This document shows positions 54,197-64,000 of a stretch of DNA of 64,000 bases, in pieces (the first letter of the stretch is position 1; each line of letters begins with the position of its first letter). The position numbers and the translations under genes are program-made. The notes below the pieces were generated by a model. It did no database searches. It had not been told where the DNA came from and saw nothing but the letters and a program-made list of their open reading frames with translations. This stretch comes from Octopus vulgaris (taxonomy: Eukaryota): contig OX597824.1 of assembly GCA_951406725.2 (NCBI GenBank), forward strand, positions 57,908,001 through 57,972,000, in the 5' to 3' direction.

Positions 54197-54710
54197 CGTA
54201 TAAATATGTGTATGTATGTGTGTATGTGTGTATATATGTGTGTGTGTGTGCATATATAAGTGCACTTCACACACAAAACTTTCGTAGCTGTATTTAAATA
54301 TCATTCACATGACATATATAACCGTATCTAGAAATAAGTGCATCTCTGTGAGCGTGCATGTTTGTAAGCATACACCCAACCCACACAAAATGTAATAAAT
54401 TCATAGACATATATCTTTGATTCGAACTGTTGCAAATGGCGAGAAACTGACGTGTGCAATTAGCGTGCAGGCCTGTTAAGATTTTTCTGCACACCAACGT
54501 CGGTCCTCTTTCGACATTGTGTATTTCCTTATTTATTACCGTGTCATGAAGTTGATGCCGTCATTTTGGCCGTTAATAGTCCTTGGAATTTCTGGTGTGT
54601 GTGTGTGTGTGTGTGTGTGTAAAGGGTAGTGTTAATATATTTGTTGAGTGCTGTTGCGTGTTCGTGTCAGTTGCAAACAACATTTCCAAGTTCTCTTAAT
54701 CATGATATTC

Positions 54711-54742
<32 letters not shown>

Positions 54743-54765
54743 TCAAATTCTATCTCGGAAGTACT

Positions 54766-54820
<55 letters not shown>

Positions 54821-55422
54821 TGTGTAAACCAATTCTCGTTGGCTGATACTTATTCTCCTTTCAGTTTTTACATATCGAACAAGTAAATTACATCTCCGTT
54901 TCTGTGAATGATTTGGAAAAACGATTGGCAGTCATCGTCGTTCTGTTGCTGTTGTTGTTGGAGGGTAGTGGGAAGGCACCGGGGGTGAGGGTGATGTTCG
55001 TAGTGGTAGTGGTGATGGGCTGATCAATTACCTTTCGGGTAAAATGACATGTGAGATGATAAGGAATCTTCTTTTATCGAAGTCATTAATAGAAATGAAT
55101 TTATGGATTGCGATGACGGAGAGGTAGATATACAGCGCGCAAAAGACGGGAGCGGGGCATATAGAAAAGAGAGAGACATGCAGAAAAGAGAGAAGAAATT
55201 GGGAAACAACTAGTTTTTAAGGTGAACGAAGCTGATAATATGAGAATAGCACTTACACATATACACATACATAAATACATGCACACACATACATGAAGGA
55301 ACAGTAAAATACGAAATGGAGAACTATACCTTATACATAAGCTCAAACGCTAAAATGCAAAGTTATGTGTGTGTTTCTGCATACGTGCAAATATAGATAC
55401 AAATATTCACGCGCATATGTGA

Positions 55423-55493
<71 letters not shown>

Positions 55494-55506
55494 TGTGTGT
55501 GTAGAT

Positions 55507-55954
<448 letters not shown>

Positions 55955-56319
55955 ATTGTACACTCATACAACCACATACACATTCATGTACACAGACATG
56001 TGATAATACATGCATACATACAAGTATTCTTGTTTTAATTTACTGGTTTGTTATTGGATTGCAGTCATGCTGGATGGTTCGATATCTAGAACTTCCCTTA
56101 AGACAAAAACTGCAGTTTCGTGGCTAGCTGCAATATGGCGTAGTTTTTACTTAATAGCTTTACTTATATCACAACACAGACATTTTTGGAATGTAGCATA
56201 TTCGTCCACGTATCCTGACTTAACAATTAGTACTGGATTTGCTGATACTTAACTTCCATTACAATATATGTGTGTGAATATATATAAATGTGCGTATGGT
56301 TGTATGAGTGTATTATATA

Positions 56320-56439
<120 letters not shown>

Positions 56440-56442
56440 GTA

Positions 56443-56672
56443 CAGGGTTGGCCAAAAGTCACTTGAAAGTAAATCAAAACCATTTAATTCTAAGATTTAT
56501 ATATATTTAACAGCTGTATGAATTTAATAAAAGCATCTAAATATGAAACATCATGAAAATTGTTCAAACTGAAGTCCTTGTAAACATTCATAATTGGAAT
56601 GAATAGATAAAATTGAATATTAAGTATTTATGGAATTTTTATTTACTGTCAGGTGACTTTTGGCCAACGCTG
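56443..56672. mobile_element. Tc1/mariner-type MITE (230 bp) with TA TSD
   Basis: ta-cagggttggccaaaagtcacttgaaagtaaat / atttactgtcaggtgacttttggccaacgctg-ta. Confidence 0.9.
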
Positions 56673-56680
56673 TATGTATG

Positions 56681-56741
<61 letters not shown>

Positions 56742-57283
56742 ATATATATATGCATACATGCACTAACTCACATTTCATCCGTGCATGCAATGCCTTCATT
56801 CTCATAGGGTGTCGACACTTGTGTGAAGAGACAGGTAAATCCTTAGTAAATGATGTCAGACATATGTTGGAAGCGAGGTGACAGAGATATCTTTGTGGTA
56901 AAAGGAGACGGCAATCGGTCGTACGATTAATTCTGACACTAATGGAACCGGCGTTTCAGGAAATCTAGAATATGGAGTCAATCTCTGGAAAATGGAAATA
57001 TGGTACTTAATAGAAAATAGGAATTGAGATTGTGTACATACATTTCACTCTCTTACACTGTCTCTTTTTCGCTCTGTCCGTCTCTTTTTCTATCTCAGTT
57101 TCTCTCTCCCCCCCTCTCTCTCTTTCACCCCCGCTCTATTTCTCTGTATACATTCTGACATAGACAAGTACATACATATACGACTACTAGTGTGTGTATG
57201 TGTGTATGTGCGTGTGCGGTTATATGTACCTGTATGTTGTATTGGAAACACCAATATGTTCTAATTTCATTCATCTATCTATC

Positions 57284-57314
<31 letters not shown>

Positions 57315-57577
57315 GTCTATCTATCTATCTATCTATCTATTTATTTATTTATTTATTTATTCGTAATTTTATACAACTTCCTTGCAGGTTATTTTAAACA
57401 GTAAAGTATCTACAGCTTATAAAGTTTTAAAACATTTTTTATCATGTCATTGTGTCCACCCACCCTTAACACTCACCAAGTTGAGACCCAAGGGTGGCGT
57501 TGCCGGACTGATCACCCAGACCCAACTATGAAACAGTGGGCACTGGTTTACTTGATTACGAGTAGCAAATTGTATTA

Positions 57578-57666
<89 letters not shown>

Positions 57667-58367
57667 GTCTGTCAATTTGTTTGTCTGTCTGTCCACTTAC
57701 ACACACACACATCATGTTTGATGACGTAAGTTAATAGGTAGTACAATTAGTGTTCAGTGTGACTTGCTGCCTAAAACTCCAACTTGAACTGCAACTAAAA
57801 GCTGGATAGCTATAGCTGCCTAATGACAATTGGGTAGAGGAGGTTTATCAGTTGGGCTGGTATGTGTATACTAAAATGAAAGTATAAAGAGGCACGGCAT
57901 TTACGTATGTAAACATGAGGGTTGATTTGTTACAAAAATATAGATCATAAAGAAGAAAGAAAATGTACAGATAGATTCTTAAGGCAGCTTGAAGAATGCA
58001 TGTGCAGTTGGGGCATTTCCCTGAAAACGAACGGTAGCTAATCCATAAAGTAACGATCTACTCGATTACCGGAGACTGAATGAGGTAGATTCTTAGTAGC
58101 GAGCTTTTGTGATGTCCATGATACGTCCATTATACACATGGTCTTCTTTACACCATACAGCTTAGCTTGCACCTTCCCCTCCTACACTAGCACCGTCCAT
58201 TCCTTTCTATGTATGTTTCTCTAATATTTTAAATATTTATCTCTGACCATCACTGTTAGATTTTATCTATCCTCATATTATCATGATCTTTTCTCTGCCA
58301 TTTTCCCTTTAAACTTTCCTATTTATCGCTCACTAGAAGTAGACCAAAGCACTCCAGTAAGAGTCTA

Positions 58368-58421
<54 letters not shown>

Positions 58422-59505
58422 ATAATGGAATAGATCATTACTGCATGGATAGCTACCGTTCATTTACAGGGAAACGCATCATCTATGCATTTATTCTTGA
58501 AATAGTTACACACCTTGTTACTTCTTTCTTCCTTATAATCTGTATCTCTGTACCAACTCAACTCTCATTTTTAAATATACGAATGTCATAACCGGATCTT
58601 TTCTGTTCGGCTTCACCTGTGGAAATTTTAAAGTTTACTGAATATTTAAAAAATTGGTGTAGCGATGTAATTTTTGACGCTGAAACTTAGGGGCGAATTC
58701 ACTTTTTCTAGAAATGTTTTTCAAAAAAGTTACACAGGTTTAAAATTTGATAATTTTTACCCTGTCAGAAAACAGGATTTGGGAGCTGTCATTTTGTGTG
58801 TGACTGCATGCGTTGTCAAATGTAAACGAATGAAATATTAGCCGAATTCTGATTTATGCTCGCCATATAACACCTCATAAGTTTTTATTTTTTGGAATTT
58901 TCAGAAATTTTTGCGCATTTTTATTTTATACACGGGAATTCATGCGGTTATGCAAAAACTAAAAAAGACTTTGGTACATGATTTAAGGTTTATTTAGTTG
59001 GTATGTGTTTTAAGCATTCAATAAGCGAAAAATGACCACTTCAGTAAGCAGCTCCGTAACATCTAGATTTGTTGCTATAGAAGCAGGCAACTATATGTCT
59101 GTGGCTTTCGACTGGCAAAAATTACCCAAGATTTTCAAACTTTGAAAGCTTTTAACTCTTTATTTATTGTTTTATGGCAAAAATGAATTCCCTGTCCTTG
59201 ATTACCATATGAAGCTACATCAACACATCAAATATGAAATCAACTGGAACAAAAATTGAAAAGGTTGAAAAGTGGCTGCCAAAAGGAAAATATCCTCATA
59301 ATCTGATACCACTATATTTTTATTTTATTCTATTCTCTGTTTGTCTCTGTCTGTCTCTCTCTCCTCTCTCTCTCCCTCTCTCTCTCCCTCTCTCTCCTCT
59401 CTCTCCCTCTCACTCTCTCCCTATATATATATGGATGGATATATGTATATATATGTATGTATATATACATATGTATGCATGCATGTATATATGTATGTAT
59501 GAATG

Positions 59506-59539
<34 letters not shown>

Positions 59540-59554
59540 TGTATGTATGTATGT

Positions 59555-59609
<55 letters not shown>

Positions 59610-60362
59610 TAAAGCACTCGATTAGCTAAGAGAGTAAAGATAATGTTATTATAGACACTACAAGTCTTGCAAAATACAGCTACACAGGGTTTCCTGGCCG
59701 AAACATTAATTTCTTTCGCCATTTTTCAAGTTGGGAACAAGATCGTTTTGTCAGTTGTTTTTTAAGCAATTGACGTTTGAACAAGGAACGCTCATAAGAG
59801 AAAGAGAAACACACACACCAACAAAAGTCAAAAAGGCGTAAACAAGATATCAATGCTTTATAACGTATCAGGTGTTTACACACACACACACAGAGGACGG
59901 GCTTCTTTCAGTTTCCGACTGCCAAGTCGATCCAAGGTTATAGAAGACATTTGCCAAAGGTACTATGCGGTGGAACTGAACCCCGAATCATGTGGTTGGG
60001 ATGCAAACTCCTTACCACACAGCCACATTTATCTATCTATCTATCTATCGATCGATCGATCTAATCTATATATATTTATATATATCGACACACACATACG
60101 CACACGCACATGCACGCACACATAAATAATAAATAGTAAACGCGGAAGGTTCTATGTCTATGTAGTGTGAGAATATAAGTGCGCATATTTTTCCTATATT
60201 TTTTCCAACTATTACTGTTACTTCCTTTTTATTCAACGCTTTTTCCTAGCGTTTCTTGCCATTAGTAGCCGACCAGAATGTATCGTAGCTCTTCGATCCG
60301 ACATTTGAAACTCCGAGTAATATAATGAAACCTTTTACAGATTGTTCTAAATTATAACACAC

Positions 60363-60440
<78 letters not shown>

Positions 60441-60475
60441 TCACACATATACACACGTATTCCAAAATGTAGCTA

Positions 60476-60654
60476 CATGTGGACTATTGGCCATTTTTTC
60501 CTCCGTCTTCCTTTTCTTTTCTGAAGAAGAGCTTTGCTCGAAACGTAAAACACCCTTTCTTTCCTTTCTCGAGCGCCTTATTAATACTTTGCACTTACCA
60601 CATCCTCGGGTTGTCTTTTTGTCTTGTCTTTCTTTCTCTGTTTTTTTTTTATTA

Positions 60655-60660
<6 letters not shown>
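60476..60660 (+). mobile_element. PLE 3' fragment with an intact-core minimal HHR (60518-60550)
   Basis: ttt-CTGAAGA-a-gagc(ttt)gctc-GAAAC-GTA-aaa. Palindromic ACGU stem III. Stem I is shortened by an upstream deletion relative to the 49655 copy. Confidence 0.78.
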
Positions 60661-60705
<45 letters not shown>

Positions 60706-61134
60706 TACATATATATATATATATATATATATTTACATAGCATCCATACTCGCATACAAAAATGAATTGAGTATGTGTGTGTGTGTGTGTGTATCTGTGT
60801 GTCTGTGTGAATGACAGGCTTCTGTATGGCTCACACCTAAAAAATTTGCTTGACAAAGTATTAGTGAGCACAAGACTACAGTATAGAAGTTTGCTATGAA
60901 ATGAGATCAAATCCGGAATCTTTCAGCTAACAATGATTGAATACGAATCTGAAATTTTTACTTGCCCTCAAACATCATTTTTCCGACTCGTTACATTCAT
61001 TTACCGCTAAGTTCGACTTACACCCATTCGGAGGCGGCAGCATAGATACTAGCTGGGTACTGGGGGGGGGGCATGTAATTGACTACCTACTTCCTCATAA
61101 ATATTTCAGGCCTTGTATCAATAGCAGAAAGGAA

Positions 61135-61727
61135 TATTACTGTTCAGTATTCTTATTTTCATCACGTGCTTTCACTGTACTACCAATTGCAGCTCTGTGT
61201 GCCTTGGCTATGTGCTATGTCTTCTTGTGGTGCTCTTATTTTCACTCTATTGAAAGTGCTTTACGTAGGACGTACGCGGTGCCTAGTAGTGCTATTTTCT
61301 GTATGTTATATACTTTCGTAAGTCCTGGTGTTTTGGTTATGCATTTGTCTAAATTATTTTTAATCATACCTAATGCACCTATTACTATAGGTATTGTTTA
61401 TGTTTTTTGGCTCCACATTCAGGTTACCTCTATTTCCAGGTCCTTGTATTTTGAGAGTTTCTCTGTTTCTTTTAGAGATACGTTGTCATCTATTAGTATT
61501 GATTCATCGATTAGTATATCCTGTCTACTAGCCTTGATTTCTTGATTTCTCTGCCTGTGTGTGATTGTTTTGTCATTTGCCGAAACTTTTTCTGGGGTAT
61601 ACATGTATCATCTTTTTTTCTGTTGTCATTCCATAGTGTTGGCATAGCTTCCAGTGTATATTGGTCCCAACTTTGTCATGTCTGTGGATACATTCCTTCT
61701 TAATCAGGAATAGGCAGCCAGAGACAA

Positions 61728-61730
<3 letters not shown>
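61135..61730 (-). mobile_element. R4/Dong-like RLE non-LTR retrotransposon 3' fragment
   Basis: IVSGC...HRHDKVG..IHWKLCQHYG, DDNVSLKETEKLSKYKDLEIEV, IPIVIGALG and IQKIALLGTAYVLRKAL. The 5' end abuts a (TAA)n tract. Confidence 0.85.
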
Positions 61731-61795
<65 letters not shown>

Positions 61796-61884
61796 GACTT
61801 AATCCGTTTGTCTGTCCTTGTTTGTCCCCTCTGTGTTTAGCCGCTTGTGGGTAGTAAAGAAATAATAATTATTATCATTATTAA

Positions 61885-62081
61885 TGCGGCAAGCTGGCAA
61901 AATCGTTAACAAGCGGGCGAAATGCTATGCGGCACTTCCGTCTGTCTGCACGTTCTGGGTTAAAATTCTTTGCTTTTCATCCTTTCGGGGACACTTAACT
62001 AAGTAGCAATGAAACAACTGGGGTCGATGTAATCGACTGGTCTCCTCCAAAATTTCAGGCCATGTGCCTATACTACAAAGG

Positions 62082-62085
<4 letters not shown>
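61885..62085 (+). mobile_element. SINE family C
   Basis: gcggcaagctggcaaaatcgttaac...ttttcatcctttcgggg...ctggggtcgatgtaatcgact, lying between (ATT)n tracts. Confidence 0.75.
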
Positions 62086-62145
<60 letters not shown>

Positions 62146-62153
62146 TATTATTA

Positions 62154-62275
<122 letters not shown>

Positions 62276-62280
62276 CATTA

Positions 62281-62675
62281 GGTGCAGGAGTGGCTGTGTG
62301 GTAAGTAGCTTGCTAACCAACCACATGGTTCCGGGTTCAGTCCCACTGCGTGGCATCTTGGGCAAGTGTCTTCTGCTATAGCCCCAGGCCGACCAATGCC
62401 TTGTGAGTGGATTTGGTAGACGGAAACTGAAAGAAGCCTGTGGCATATATGTATATGTATGTATGTGTGTGTCTGTGTTTGTCCCACTAGCATTGCTTGA
62501 CAACCGATGCTGGTGTGTTTATGCCCCCGTTACTTAGCGGTTCGGCAAAAGAGACCGATATAATAAGTACAGGGCTTACAAAAGAATAAGTCCCGGGTTC
62601 GAGTTGCTCGATTAAAGGCGGTGCTCCAGCATGGCCGCAGTCAAATGACTGAAACAAGTAAAAGAGTAAAGAGAG
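62281..62675 (+). mobile_element. SINE family A, full length
   Basis: ggtgcaggagtggctgtgtggtaag...gggttcagtccc head through to gaaacaagtaaaagagtaaa, embedded in (ATT)n. Confidence 0.92.
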
Positions 62676-62677
62676 AG

Positions 62678-62745
<68 letters not shown>

Positions 62746-63384
62746 CATTATTATTATTATTATAATTATTATTATTATTGTTATTATTATTATTATTATT
62801 ATTATCGTTGTTGTTGTTGTTATCATCATTATTGAGTGAAAGGGCAATGCATGCCATCAAATCGATAGCAGTATTTCATTGGTATTTAGCTACAATAGCC
62901 ATGGCTATGGTATGTTATATTTAGCAGTCTAATTAAGAGGTGAGTGTTTCTGGTTGTACGGAATATAAATGAGACATAACTAAGTTGAATTCACGTCTTT
63001 TTTTCTTATAGATAATTATATGTTCTATCAAATGTTTGTTACTCCGAAATTATTTTAGTGGAACGGGATATTCATAGATATACACATATTTACAATTGAC
63101 TTAAAATAATAGCTATGTATTATGAGTAATCAGTTAGGTTTACCACTGGAATTCAGGTTTGAACTGCAGCTGAAATTAGTTTTCCTTGAGCAGGTAAATA
63201 TAGATTAAAAATTGAAAGAGCAAAACGTTTGGCATCACTTGTAAAGGACATTTAGCTTAGATAGAGAATATAAAGAATATATTTAATCTACGTATAAACA
63301 TATGTACATAAGTACACAAACAAACACACACATGATTATATATATATTATGTATATATATATACACACACACTTATGCATATAG

Positions 63385-63479
<95 letters not shown>

Positions 63480-63799
63480 AGGAAAGGGAGAAAAAGATGT
63501 AGGTGTGTGTATTGTTTCTTGCATGTTTGTGCGTGAAAAAGAGGAACAATACGAAAAAGAAACAAAAAGTTAAACAAAGCAAAAATAAGCTGGGTAACAC
63601 TTGCGCCCTAAACTACAATAACACACGTTTGGCATAGTTTTAGGAAATTTGTTTGTAGAAATTTGGCATTGTTTAGAATTCCAGCAAATCAAAACCCTAT
63701 GAGAGGGGTAGGTGTAAATTACAGAATATTGTTTAAATACAATCAAAATATAATGATATAGATGTAGTTTTACATATTTCTATTCCTGCAGAAGAAGAA

Positions 63800-64000
63800 T
63801 ACAAGAAAAACACCTCTCATTGCGTGTAGCTTTGGCAAGGTAGAATTAATGAACTTGGCATCAGAGCTGATAACTTTACCAAACGAAGCAAGAAATCATT
63901 TCTTCACACGCAATTCTGTATTTCCTTGTAAACTGATCGTTTTGTCGTCTCGCGGAATTCCAGGCAATCTTCATCAAACCATTGTCTGACGTTTTTAATA
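63800..64000 (-). mobile_element. LINE ORF2 remnant (EN-RT linker)
   Basis: The minus strand reads IKNVRQWFDEDCLEFR. WFDEDC resembles the conserved W-F-D-x-E-C linker motif of APE LINEs. Confidence 0.45.

Noticed and set aside
60937-61545. 202-aa hydrophobic ORF resembling a membrane protein
   Set aside because: It is antisense to the R4/Dong-like LINE fragment plus SINE sequence.
63792-63839. 48-nt plus-strand exon candidate (tgcAG...AAG|GTAGAA)
   Set aside because: The donor is weak, and the region is better explained as a minus-strand LINE remnant.

Overview
AT-rich, microsatellite-saturated eukaryotic DNA with no host protein-coding gene that I can support. Almost all listed ORFs are translations of (TA)n, (CA)n, (TACA)n, (GATA)n or (TAA)n tracts. 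The repeat content resembles an octopus (coleoid cephalopod) genome; this is an inference. The first 6.25 kb is repeated almost exactly on the far side of a 100-N gap, probably a false duplication from assembly. The window holds decayed Penelope-like elements (a Naiad-type RT+GIY-YIG ORF and two other GIY-YIG remnants), a near full-length mariner, a maT/DD37D remnant, MITEs, RLE-type and CR1-like LINE remnants and three tRNA-derived SINE families. A 2.2-kb ORF1-only retroelement sits inside a SINE head with a 15-bp TSD. The main non-coding signal is a dense set of about 15 type I hammerhead ribozyme (HHR) motifs from several sequence families, most with palindromic minimal stem III and several inside fold-back or partial-tandem Penelope-style insertions in (TA)n. 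One family has a compensatory G3:C8 swap of the catalytic core (GUGAACA instead of CUGANGA), which standard CUGANGA searches would miss. All RNA folds were paired by eye and no activity is shown.
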